Virus record (IMG/VR): IMGVR_UViG_3300021400_004456
From: a virus
Taxonomy: Duplodnaviria; Heunggongvirae; Uroviricota; Caudoviricetes
Length of the DNA stretch: 64,000 nucleotides
Direction: 5' to 3' (one strand)
How positions within the stretch are numbered: the stretch's first letter is position 1; each line of letters begins with the position of its first letter. The notes under the pieces are model-generated. The model was not told where the DNA came from, did no database searches, and saw nothing but the letters and a program-made list of their open reading frames with translations. Made by a program: the position numbers and the translations under genes. This document shows positions 39,321 through 48,872 of the stretch, piece after piece.

Positions 39321-42300
39321 ATGATTTCAAAAATATTAAAATCAAAAAAAGGATCCTTTTTACTATTAGGCGTTATAGTTATTCCTATCATTATAGCATT
39401 GGCTTTAACTTTAATTGGTAGTGGTATGAGAGAAAAAAATATGAAAATTTCATATCAATCTAGTTTAGATAATGAAGCTTACGCTTTAGCTATGGAATTT
39501 GGTGAAACATATTATGAAACTTCTGCACAAAACGAAAACGAGATGGAATTTTGTTTATTCAAAGATGAAGATTTGCCAAAAATCAATGAACGTTTTGATG
39601 TTTTTTTTAACCACTTAGATGGTCATAATAGAAAATGGTATTCAGAAGTTACTATTGTTAATAATGTAAATCATTCAATAAATGCAAACGTTCCTGAAAG
39701 TACGGAATTTGTAAAAATAAGAGCAAGAATTGTTCTTCCTAACACAAACTGTGATTCTTATGATAAATATATTAAAGAAAATGAAACTTCTTGGAATAAA
39801 ATTTCAGAAGGAATTCCTGAGGGCAATTTTGAAGGCTCTAGTAATAATTCTATAAAAGTATTATTTTTCACTTCTTATGGTTCTATTACCGGTTTAAAAC
39901 ACGTTCACAATTTAACAACTGTTGTAATTAAAGAAGCAACTTGTTCACAAGAACAAGAAACATTAACTTATTGTACAAAATGCGGTCAATATTTTACAGC
40001 ATCAGGTGCAATAGCTACAGGCCCTGAAAAAGGTGAAAAAAATCCAAATGTTCATAATTTTGTTTCCTATTACTTTGTGGCCGCTTCTTGTGAAAAACCA
40101 AGTTTAGCATTAATTAAATGCTCAGATTGTGGAGTTTCGGCTCAAACATTTTTTGAAGGACAAGTAAGATGTAACGGTAAAAACTATATTGATTTTCCAT
40201 TATATGCCCTTTATAGTGATGGAATTGGAACCCCTAAAAATCCTCAATATGCTGTATTAAACGATTGGATTGAAACAAATGAAAAACCTGACACAACAAC
40301 TAAAACTGTCGAAATTACTTCTTCTGATATTCATAATATGCCAGTCTCAGTTTTCTCGCAATTATTGCGTTTTTATTCTAACACTAATTTGCCAGAATAT
40401 GATGCAACTAAAAAAGCAGGCTATGTTAACGTTGTTACTCAAAGTGTAGGTCATACATTTGAATATAAATCAACTACTTTATCAACCTGTTATGCAGAAG
40501 GCTATGATACATATCGTTGTTCCTTATGTAATGCTGAAGAACAGCGTAATTTCAAAGCTAAAGCTACAACTGGTGCTGATCATAATTTAATAAAGGTTAA
40601 TTATGTGGCTAAAACTTGTTCAACTAACGGTAATAAAGAATATTATTATTGTGATAAGTGTGGTAAATATTTCATTTCTGAAGATAGATATAATTTATCC
40701 GCTCCAGCTTATTTCAATGTTTCTTTAACTAAATATGAAGTTTCAGAACAAGATACTATAATTCAAAAATCTCATAATTATGATTATGATGCAAATACTC
40801 GAACAGGTGGGACAGTAATTCTACCTACTTGTACTACTAAAGGTTTCACAATCGTAAAATGTAAAGATTGTAATGATTATTATTACACTAATTATACTAA
40901 TATAGATTATTCGAAACCTGCTCATAATAGAATTATAAAAATTGATGGTAATAAGGTTTCTAATGAAAAAGTTGAAAATCTAACAAAATATGAAGCAATA
41001 GCTTCTACTTGTACAACTAATGGTAATTATGAATATTATAAATGCTCAGCCTGTGACAAATATTACCGTGAAGTAAATGGTGAATTTCAACAAATTAATT
41101 ATAAAGATTGGGTTTTACCATTAGACCCTAACAATCATAATTATCTTGACTATAGAACTGTCAGTCCTACTTGCACTGAACAAGGTTACACAATTAGGAA
41201 ATGTATAGCAAGCAACAATCGTTTTGGCTGTGGTAAAGAAACCAAATTTGATGATGGCGGTACTGAATTATATAAAATGGTTTCAGCTTTAGGTCATTTA
41301 TCTAGCGGTTATATTTTAATTAATGCACCAACTTGTACTGATACTGGTTCTGAGCATTGTGTCTGCGTTAGACAAGGATGCGGAAAGGAAATAGCAAACT
41401 CTAGAAGAGAACTTCCTATGCTTCCACATACAGTAGGTGACTTTGTTACAGGAGTTGCTCCTACTTGTATTACAGCTGGTTATAATATTAAGAAATGTAC
41501 CGTATGTAATAAAAATTTATATGAAATTTATGGAGAACAATATTATTATTCTGTAACTTATAACGAAACAGCTTCTTTTAAAGCCGGACAAACATTATTA
41601 GTTAATGAAAGTGTTTATCAAGATGTAAAACCTTTAGGACACGATTTAATTTGGAAAAAAGACGTTGCTGAAACTTGTGAACAACCTGCTGTTGTAAATG
41701 CATATTGTACACGTCCTTGTTGTGTTCCTACACAAATCTTTGCGACTAGCGATAATCCACCACAAGCAACAGGTCATAAAGCAAGTGGAACCTGGGTTAC
41801 TACTTTAACACCAACTTGTGAAGAAAATGGAACCCGTGTTCAATATTGTTCTAATCCTTGGTGCGATAAAAAAGGCGAATATATTGTTAAGAGTGAAACA
41901 ATTGAAAAATTAGGACACGATTTTTCAATTTTGGTTTCGACAGCTTATAAAGCAATAACTAATGATGCTTCAAACGGAATAAAAGTTGAAACATATAAAT
42001 GTTCTCGTTGTGATAAAACAAATAATGTAGAAACAACAGTTTCTCACGATTATATTAAAACGACTTATGTTCAACCTACTTGTACAACAAATGGACAATC
42101 TAAATTTACTTGTAAGAATTGTGGATACACTTATATAGCAACAGATTTAACTCTTTTAGGACACGAATTCTTTAATACAAGTGTTGTAAAACCTACTTGT
42201 ACAGCAGAAGGTTATACTAATCAACAATGTAGTCGTTGTAATATAACTAGAATTGATCCCGATAGTTATAAACAGGCTTTAGGTCACGATTTCAGTGGAA

Positions 42301-44903
42301 GTCCTGTATATACCGCATACAATCTTACTGATGCTACTACTTGTGGTTATTTAACTTATACTTGTTCACGTTGTTCTCAAACAAGAAAAATAGAAGCAAA
42401 TCACTCTTTTGAAAAATATGGTGATAGTGTAGCTCCTACTTGTACAGAGCAAGGATATTCTGCTTATAAGTGTTCAAAATGTTCATTTGTTAAAAAAAGC
42501 ACTTATATTCCTGCCTTAGGACACGATTATTCGATTAAAGTTAGCACTTTAAATCCTACTTGCACTAATGGGGGAAACTCTACTTATAAATGTTCAAGAT
42601 GTTCTTCAACTACAATTAAAGATTATACAAATGCTTTAGGACATACTTATAATAGCGCACAAGCAAAATATACTTGGACTGGCCAAAGTGCAAATGGTGC
42701 AAAAGCTACTTGCGTGGGAAACAATAAATGCTCTAGATGCTCTCAAGCACCTATTACAACAACAATATCTAATATTACTCCTACTAAGACAGCACCTACT
42801 TGCGTTAATACAGGTAGTTGGAATTATACTGCTAAGTTTACTCAAACAGGTTTTTCAACTCAAACTATCAAAACCGCAATTCCTGCTTTAGGGCATATTT
42901 ATAATGTTGACAATACAAAACATACTTGGTCTTCTGATTTAAAAACTTGTACAGCTGAAAATATTTGCACAAGATGTAATGGTGGTAAAATACAAGTAAC
43001 AGTAAATACTACATTAACTCGTAATAAAGAAGCGACTTGTACAGAAAAAGGCGATTATACATATTCAGCTAATTTTAACAATAGCAATTTACGTAATGCT
43101 ACTAAGAATATTACTCCAAATGCAACAGGTCATCATTTCCAAAAAACAGGAAAATACAATTCTAATGAAACAAGCCATTGGGAACTTAGTCAATGCACAG
43201 CTTGTAAAATTTATAAAGAAGTTGTAGAAAGCGATAAATCAGTTCACAATTATGGTTCAAAAATAATCGATACAAAAGCGACTTGTACAGCAACTGGTAC
43301 TTCACATCATATTTGCTCTATTTGTGGATATAGAGAAAATTTAATTGAAAAGGCTCTTGGCCACGAATATCAAAAAAATAATGGAAATATTGTTTACACT
43401 TTCCCTAATAGCGCATCTGCTTATAGTGGAACTAAAACTAATGCTTCTCAACACGTTCTTATTACAGTTTGTACACGCTGTGGCGTTGTTCTTAATGAAA
43501 AGTGGGAAAACCACAATCAAAATTCTTCTTATAAAACTGAAGAATGCGAAAAAGTTCCTACTATAACTTATACTTGCACAGTATGCTCAAAACAAGTTAA
43601 TACAGTAAAATTAAACGATGGTAAACCATTGCCTCACGATTGGAAAGAGTATGAACACGTTAATAGTACTTGTGATTCTGATGAATTAAGCAAATGTAAA
43701 TGTAATAGATGTGGAAAAGAAACTACTTTTAATTTAGGTAATCGTAAACAACACGATTTTGAAGCAATTAAAGTATTAAGCAATAGTCATAATGAAAACA
43801 CTTGTATAACTCTTTTATATCGTTGTAAAAATTGTAAAAATCCAAAATATGATTATCAAAATTCCACTCACGTATTAGGAACAAAACCTATAAGAACTGT
43901 TGCTGCCACTTGTACAGCAATTGGTTACGATGTTTATCAATGTACAAAATGTAAATTAGAATTTAATAAAAACATTAAATCTGAATTAGGTCACAATTTG
44001 CCTTCGGCTGGTCAAAGTTTTGCTGGTTCAGATTGCCAACATAAAGGTTATGATAGATATAAGTGCACTAGATGTAATTATTATGTAGATAAAGCAAATA
44101 ATTTACCTGGTTCTCACAATTTTGATACTTGGGTAACAACTAAAAATCCTACTTGTACAGCTCAAGGAACAAAAGAATTAAAATGTAAACTTTGTTCTAC
44201 TATTGAACCGAATTCAGCTCAAGCTATTCCTGCTTTAGGCCATTCTACTCATACACAATATGGTTACTATACTAAAAAAATTTGGATAGAATACGATTAT
44301 ACCTCTTCAAATCATTCGTCTTCTGCTAGTAGTATGGTAATTTTCAATGGTGAAACGATAAGAGATAGAGAACGTTTCAATTTGAATGATGGTGATTATG
44401 TATATTCCAAAACACTTAGCCAATATAGTACAGGTGAATGGAAATATGATAATACAGGTTATTCATCATCGGATTTTTATAGTCATTTAAAATCTGAAAC
44501 CGGAGGAAATTTTGTTAATTGGAGTTATACTTTGACCACAAAAGGAGATAATGCTAATAACTGGAACGCTTACCGAGATGGCTGGGTATATAATTGTAAG
44601 AAAGCTGAAGATTGCGATTGGTGGATATTCAGAGGTAATACAAAACATCGTTATGAATATGAAAAAGCTTATATTGATGTAACTCTTCGTTATAAATATG
44701 CTGAATATGTAGCTAGTGTTCGAACAAGTGACGTTACTTGGTATGATAACACTCAAAGTACAAGTGATACTTATATATCATTTAATAATTTCTATTATTT
44801 TGCAAGTAATGACGATGATGATGATGATTTAACAAGATATTGGGAAAAAACTTATAAATACGGCGAACGTCAATATTGTACAAGATGCAATAAAGCTGTA
44901 TAA
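39321..44903 (+). CDS. Giant TadG-like pseudopilin/adhesin with ~29 His/Cys repeats
   Basis: KSKKG|SFLLL leader, YQSSLDNEAYALA (TadG-like Q..LD..A..A), repeats H-x(n)-PTC-xxxG-x5-CxxC. Confidence 0.8.
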   Translation: MISKILKSKKGSFLLLGVIVIPIIIALALTLIGSGMREKNMKISYQSSLDNEAYALAMEFGETYYETSAQNENEMEFCLFKDEDLPKINERFDVFFNHLDGHNRKWYSEVTIVNNVNHSINANVPESTEFVKIRARIVLPNTNCDSYDKYIKENETSWNKISEGIPEGNFEGSSNNSIKVLFFTSYGSITGLKHVHNLTTVVIKEATCSQEQETLTYCTKCGQYFTASGAIATGPEKGEKNPNVHNFVSYYFVAASCEKPSLALIKCSDCGVSAQTFFEGQVRCNGKNYIDFPLYALYSDGIGTPKNPQYAVLNDWIETNEKPDTTTKTVEITSSDIHNMPVSVFSQLLRFYSNTNLPEYDATKKAGYVNVVTQSVGHTFEYKSTTLSTCYAEGYDTYRCSLCNAEEQRNFKAKATTGADHNLIKVNYVAKTCSTNGNKEYYYCDKCGKYFISEDRYNLSAPAYFNVSLTKYEVSEQDTIIQKSHNYDYDANTRTGGTVILPTCTTKGFTIVKCKDCNDYYYTNYTNIDYSKPAHNRIIKIDGNKVSNEKVENLTKYEAIASTCTTNGNYEYYKCSACDKYYREVNGEFQQINYKDWVLPLDPNNHNYLDYRTVSPTCTEQGYTIRKCIASNNRFGCGKETKFDDGGTELYKMVSALGHLSSGYILINAPTCTDTGSEHCVCVRQGCGKEIANSRRELPMLPHTVGDFVTGVAPTCITAGYNIKKCTVCNKNLYEIYGEQYYYSVTYNETASFKAGQTLLVNESVYQDVKPLGHDLIWKKDVAETCEQPAVVNAYCTRPCCVPTQIFATSDNPPQATGHKASGTWVTTLTPTCEENGTRVQYCSNPWCDKKGEYIVKSETIEKLGHDFSILVSTAYKAITNDASNGIKVETYKCSRCDKTNNVETTVSHDYIKTTYVQPTCTTNGQSKFTCKNCGYTYIATDLTLLGHEFFNTSVVKPTCTAEGYTNQQCSRCNITRIDPDSYKQALGHDFSGSPVYTAYNLTDATTCGYLTYTCSRCSQTRKIEANHSFEKYGDSVAPTCTEQGYSAYKCSKCSFVKKSTYIPALGHDYSIKVSTLNPTCTNGGNSTYKCSRCSSTTIKDYTNALGHTYNSAQAKYTWTGQSANGAKATCVGNNKCSRCSQAPITTTISNITPTKTAPTCVNTGSWNYTAKFTQTGFSTQTIKTAIPALGHIYNVDNTKHTWSSDLKTCTAENICTRCNGGKIQVTVNTTLTRNKEATCTEKGDYTYSANFNNSNLRNATKNITPNATGHHFQKTGKYNSNETSHWELSQCTACKIYKEVVESDKSVHNYGSKIIDTKATCTATGTSHHICSICGYRENLIEKALGHEYQKNNGNIVYTFPNSASAYSGTKTNASQHVLITVCTRCGVVLNEKWENHNQNSSYKTEECEKVPTITYTCTVCSKQVNTVKLNDGKPLPHDWKEYEHVNSTCDSDELSKCKCNRCGKETTFNLGNRKQHDFEAIKVLSNSHNENTCITLLYRCKNCKNPKYDYQNSTHVLGTKPIRTVAATCTAIGYDVYQCTKCKLEFNKNIKSELGHNLPSAGQSFAGSDCQHKGYDRYKCTRCNYYVDKANNLPGSHNFDTWVTTKNPTCTAQGTKELKCKLCSTIEPNSAQAIPALGHSTHTQYGYYTKKIWIEYDYTSSNHSSSASSMVIFNGETIRDRERFNLNDGDYVYSKTLSQYSTGEWKYDNTGYSSSDFYSHLKSETGGNFVNWSYTLTTKGDNANNWNAYRDGWVYNCKKAEDCDWWIFRGNTKHRYEYEKAYIDVTLRYKYAEYVASVRTSDVTWYDNTQSTSDTYISFNNFYYFASNDDDDDDLTRYWEKTYKYGERQYCTRCNKAV
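39890..44245 (+). repeat. Protein-level tandem repeat array (GH...[AP]TC..G....CxxC)
   Basis: 28 complete units counted by eye in the translation, plus one split terminal unit; DNA-level identity low. Confidence 0.85.
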
Positions 44904-44916
44904 TTTAAGCTTTTTA

Positions 44917-44925
44917 GAAACATAA
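44917..44925 (+). promoter_or_regulatory. Class I motif variant GAAACATAA
   Basis: One mismatch; before 44994. Confidence 0.5.
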
Positions 44926-44993
44926 AATAATTATTAAAATTGAGGCTTGCTACATTTGTAGCGAGTCTTGATTAAAGGAGGTTTTTTAAAAAA

Positions 44994-46253
44994 ATGAAAA
45001 ATAAAACATTAACTTTATTTTCTATTTTACTATTTTCTTTTTCTTTATTTAGTTGTTCTAAAAACGTTGAAAATACTAATCCTTCATCAGAAGTTTTTCC
45101 GACAGAAACTGATATAATTCTTCCGACTGAAACAAATCCGATTTCAGAAGAACCACCAGTTACGTCAATTACTGAATTTTTCTCGATTATTTTTGATGCT
45201 CAAAATAATTCTGAACCAATTATATATTCTATAGAAAAAGATAATAAGATATTAGAACTTCCAAATGAACCAACAAAGAAAAACCATTCTTTTTTAGGAT
45301 GGTATGAGAATGGCATAAAGTTTAATTTTGATACAAATATAATCGAAGACCATTATTTGATAGCGAAGTGGAAACTTGTTTCTTATGATATATCAAATTA
45401 TGAAGAACCTATTTCTCATTCTATAATAAATGATAATGGAGAAATAAAATATAATATTTATTTTTTAATTGGTAATAATCAATCAAATTTTGATGTTGAC
45501 TATACTTATGATACAGAAACAGATTTAATTTCGTTCGAAAATTTTGATGTTGCAAATTATAACTTTGAAGGTTGGTATTTAGATGTAAATATGATAAATG
45601 AACCGTTTGATAATACTAACACTGCTTTAGCTTCATTAAATAAAGATACAATATACTTATATGCTAAATTTACTGAAGATACGCCAACTCCACCAATTGA
45701 GGAACAATGTGAACATCAAATTGAAACCCGAATTTTGCAACAGGGTTCTTGTAAAACTGGTGCTAAAACAATTGAACAAACTTATTGTGCAAAATGCGGT
45801 AAAATTTACGACACGACAGAATATACAGTTTCTCACGAAATGCCCGAGGAGAGTGAATGTAAACATATTGCTCCAACTTGTACCGAAAAAGGATATTATA
45901 TTCAAAAATGTAAAAACTGTGATTATCAATTGAAATATATTTATGCTAATGAAATAGATCATAATTTAGTTAATAGAGTAGTTGTAGAGCCAACTTGCAC
46001 AGCAAGCGGATATAGTGCAGATGTATGCACTATGTGTGGAGAAGAATTCAACCGTGTAGTTATTGAACCAACAGGTCATAATTATTATGTAGTTGGGACT
46101 ATTCCTTCTACTTGTTCAACAAATGGATGTACACTTTATCAATGCCGTTGTGGTAATACATTAGAAGGTGATCAATTACCTTTAGATGAAAATAATCACG
46201 TATATGATGCAAATGGAGTTTGCTATTTATGCGGTCACCAAAGAGAAGAATAG
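44994..46253 (+). CDS. Lipoprotein with Listeria-Bacteroides (InlB B) repeats and ~5 His/Cys repeats
   Basis: LFSC lipobox; PTKKNHSFLGWY...LIAKW, YNFEGWY...LYAKF; PTCT..G...CxxC repeats. Confidence 0.8.
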   Translation: MKNKTLTLFSILLFSFSLFSCSKNVENTNPSSEVFPTETDIILPTETNPISEEPPVTSITEFFSIIFDAQNNSEPIIYSIEKDNKILELPNEPTKKNHSFLGWYENGIKFNFDTNIIEDHYLIAKWKLVSYDISNYEEPISHSIINDNGEIKYNIYFLIGNNQSNFDVDYTYDTETDLISFENFDVANYNFEGWYLDVNMINEPFDNTNTALASLNKDTIYLYAKFTEDTPTPPIEEQCEHQIETRILQQGSCKTGAKTIEQTYCAKCGKIYDTTEYTVSHEMPEESECKHIAPTCTEKGYYIQKCKNCDYQLKYIYANEIDHNLVNRVVVEPTCTASGYSADVCTMCGEEFNRVVIEPTGHNYYVVGTIPSTCSTNGCTLYQCRCGNTLEGDQLPLDENNHVYDANGVCYLCGHQREE

Positions 46254-46256
46254 AAC

Positions 46257-46278
46257 AAGAGCTTTCGAGCTCTTTTTT
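46257..46278 (+). terminator. Intrinsic terminator
   Basis: AAGAGCT-TTCG-AGCTCTT plus T-run. Confidence 0.85.
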
Positions 46279-46287
46279 CTTGCACTA

Positions 46288-46296
46288 AAAACATAA
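46288..46296 (+). promoter_or_regulatory. Class I motif AAAACATAA
   Basis: After terminator; no intact gene follows. Confidence 0.55.
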
Positions 46297-46839
46297 AGTA
46301 AATAGACGAAAAAATTATTTGATTTTTATTTAAAGTTTTATTACTTTATTATAAGGAGAAAAGAAATGCCAAAATCCTTTTAAATTATTATAAAATAATA
46401 AAATGATAAATAGCTAACCACTATCTCTTATAATTTTTAGTTAAAAGAAAAATAGTTTTGAAGAATTTTAATTTCTTTCTTATTACTTTTGTGATTAAAA
46501 ATTGAAACTTTAAAAACTTGTAAAATTATTCGTTATATTTCTCAAAAAAATACAATTACTTTTATCTTTTAAAATAATTTAAGTCTATTTCAAATGTTGA
46601 AATTTTAAATAATGGAAAGTGGCTTTAGCCTGTCTGTTTGGATAGAAATTATTTTATTTTAATATTTGTTTGGATATTGATTATTATTGAAAATAAAACA
46701 CTAATTTATTTTTTAATATAATGTAATAATAAATACTGTGTTTAAGCCATTAAAGAGTTAATTTTTAAAATATCAAAAATTTTAAAAGGATGTTATGATT
46801 TAACGAGACTATTTTTTTATTTAAGGAGGATGATAATTA

Positions 46840-47232
46840 ATGTCAACAAGTCAATTACGTGAAAAAAAGAAATTTCAAAACAATTTAAAATTACTTTTAG
46901 TTTTAGGTAATGGAATACTTGCATTATTTGTAATAGCTTTAGCTGGTATATTAGTTGGTAAAAAACTTCAAGAAAAAGAAGATGCTGTCCAATGTAATGT
47001 AATACAAACTACAGTTATTGATAAATATATTGTAGATGGCTATGCTGGAGGAGGCTGGTATATTTGGTATATTCAACCCACTCAATATGTAGTAGTATCA
47101 GAAGATAATGCTGGTGGCAGATGGACATCTTATATGTATATTGAAGACTATAATGCCTATGACGTTGGTTCTATACTTGAAATTTGTATAGAACATAATG
47201 CTCCTTTAATATATGATACACACCACAAGTAA
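46840..47232 (+). CDS. Single-TM membrane protein
   Basis: AAGGAGG RBS; terminator at 47238-47261. Confidence 0.75.
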   Translation: MSTSQLREKKKFQNNLKLLLVLGNGILALFVIALAGILVGKKLQEKEDAVQCNVIQTTVIDKYIVDGYAGGGWYIWYIQPTQYVVVSEDNAGGRWTSYMYIEDYNAYDVGSILEICIEHNAPLIYDTHHK

Positions 47233-47452
47233 AAATTAGACTAGTTTCCTAGTCTTTTTTTGTTAAATATTATTAATTTTATATTTTTTTATTTTTAGGA
47301 TTAAAACCAAAATAAAATATTATCGTAAATTTCAAAAAAATTATCGTTTTTAATCGTTTCTTTTTTAAAATGATATTTTTATCAGTCTAAATAAAAAAGT
47401 TTTTTAAATGGGAATTTTTTTGCAAAAATCAAAGTAAAATCTTTTTTAGTTA

Positions 47453-47461
47453 AAAACATAA
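47453..47461 (+). promoter_or_regulatory. Class I motif AAAACATAA
   Basis: Before ssb. Confidence 0.65.
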
Positions 47462-47508
47462 AAATTATCGAAATGTAATTAGTTCATTTCATACCAATTA
47501 AAAACTCA

Positions 47509-47535
47509 AAATAATAATAATAATAATAATAATAA
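47509..47535 (+). repeat. (AAT)n microsatellite, ~8 units, in ssb leader
   Basis: AATAATAATAATAATAATAATAATAA immediately before AAGGAG. Confidence 0.8.
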
Positions 47536-47549
47536 AAGGAGATAATAAA

Positions 47550-48104
47550 ATGAGCAGATCAAATAATGCGGTATATTTTTTAGGTAAGGTTATTAAAGGC
47601 GTAACAGCAAGATACACATCAGAAGGTAAGCCAAGAGCATCTTATCAAGTTGAAATTCAAGGACGTTCAATTGACAAGGGAGCGATTCAAACTCCATTTG
47701 TAAAGAGTGTTGGCAATCAAGCAGCAAAAGATATTGAACATATTAAAGTAGGTGACATAATTTTAGTCGAAGGTAGAATTACTACTAGAGAAGAAAAGAA
47801 AACACTTTCTGTAATCAAAGATCCAAACAATCCACAAAAAATGTTAACTTATGATGAAACTGATGAAAATATTACTTTTGTTGTAAACCCAAGTGATATT
47901 TATAAGGTTGATGTTACTAGAACTGTAACAGAAGTATTAGCTACAGATGTAACATACGTTTCTGATTTGTTATCTATGATGGAACCTGAACAAGCTTTAA
48001 AAGTATTTACACCTGACGTATTAAGATATGTACTTAATGATTATGAGGAAAAGTATGGTGATTTAGATCCCGTTATTAAGGCTTTAACTGAAAAAAAGAA
48101 GTAA
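47550..48104 (+). CDS. ssb: Single-stranded DNA-binding protein (OB fold)
   Basis: NAVYFLGKV...RYTSEGK...KVGDIILVEGRITTR...TVTEVLATDV. Confidence 0.8.
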   Translation: MSRSNNAVYFLGKVIKGVTARYTSEGKPRASYQVEIQGRSIDKGAIQTPFVKSVGNQAAKDIEHIKVGDIILVEGRITTREEKKTLSVIKDPNNPQKMLTYDETDENITFVVNPSDIYKVDVTRTVTEVLATDVTYVSDLLSMMEPEQALKVFTPDVLRYVLNDYEEKYGDLDPVIKALTEKKK

Positions 48105-48113
48105 TTTTTTCTT

Positions 48114-48122
48114 AAAACATAA
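48114..48122 (+). promoter_or_regulatory. Class I motif AAAACATAA
   Basis: Before putative transfer operon. Confidence 0.65.
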
Positions 48123-48158
48123 GGCGGTTAGAGCACATTAAAAAGGAGGGTGTCGTAA

Positions 48159-48857
48159 ATGAATAACGAAGATTTAGAATTAGTCGATGAAAATATTGAC
48201 ATTGATTTTTTCTATGAGGATGCGCCTCGTAAGAAAAAAGTTAAAGCAAAGCATATATTGATTTATACTATTACTTTAACATTATTCGCTATTTTAGGTA
48301 TATTCATCGCAGGTGCGGTGACAATGGCAAGATATGATACTACGAAAATCGTGTCCGATACATATATAAAAGAATATGAATTTTATCAAGAATTAGATGG
48401 CTTTGAAACACACGTATTTAATTTCTATAAAACTAATTATTTAGATAAGAAATTATATAAGGCTGCACAAGTTACAACCATTTCTACTTATGATGAAGAT
48501 TCATATTATCAGTTATTAGAAGATGAAGTTGCTTATGTAGATGAATTTTTCAGCAAAAATGCAACTGAAATTTTAAGACGTGGTTCTACAACTACAAATC
48601 CCATTAAAGCTAATTACTATAAATTTTTCTATGATGGTTCTTCTAGCTCATCTAGTTTATATGTAGTATATGAACAATTCTTAAATGATGCTTTACATCC
48701 TGGTGATGAAAGTGATGAAATGTTCCAATTATTAGCACAATCTGAACAATATTCTGTTCAAACTTCAACAAATATTGCATTATATAGCTCTTTAAATAGT
48801 TATATAGGTGATGCAGGTGTTAAGGCCCAATTTAAAAAGGTTTTATCCGGTAAATAG
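48159..48857 (+). CDS. Single-TM membrane protein
   Basis: AGGAGG RBS; TM at aa ~33-55. Confidence 0.75.
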   Translation: MNNEDLELVDENIDIDFFYEDAPRKKKVKAKHILIYTITLTLFAILGIFIAGAVTMARYDTTKIVSDTYIKEYEFYQELDGFETHVFNFYKTNYLDKKLYKAAQVTTISTYDEDSYYQLLEDEVAYVDEFFSKNATEILRRGSTTTNPIKANYYKFFYDGSSSSSSLYVVYEQFLNDALHPGDESDEMFQLLAQSEQYSVQTSTNIALYSSLNSYIGDAGVKAQFKKVLSGK

Positions 48858-48872
48858 TTAGGGGGTATAAAA

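Noticed and set aside
39890..44245. CxxC repeats as multiheme cytochrome c
   Set aside because: Motifs are CxxC followed by G/N/S/D/K, not CxxCH; the His lies upstream
15271..45933. Nested + strand alternate-frame ORFs (15271, 42688, 43345, 45661)
   Set aside because: Fully inside larger genes, no RBS, low-information sequence
46687..46722. TTGAAA...TATAAT as a housekeeping sigma promoter
   Set aside because: Spacing about 24 nt is too long; such hexamers are frequent by chance at this AT content
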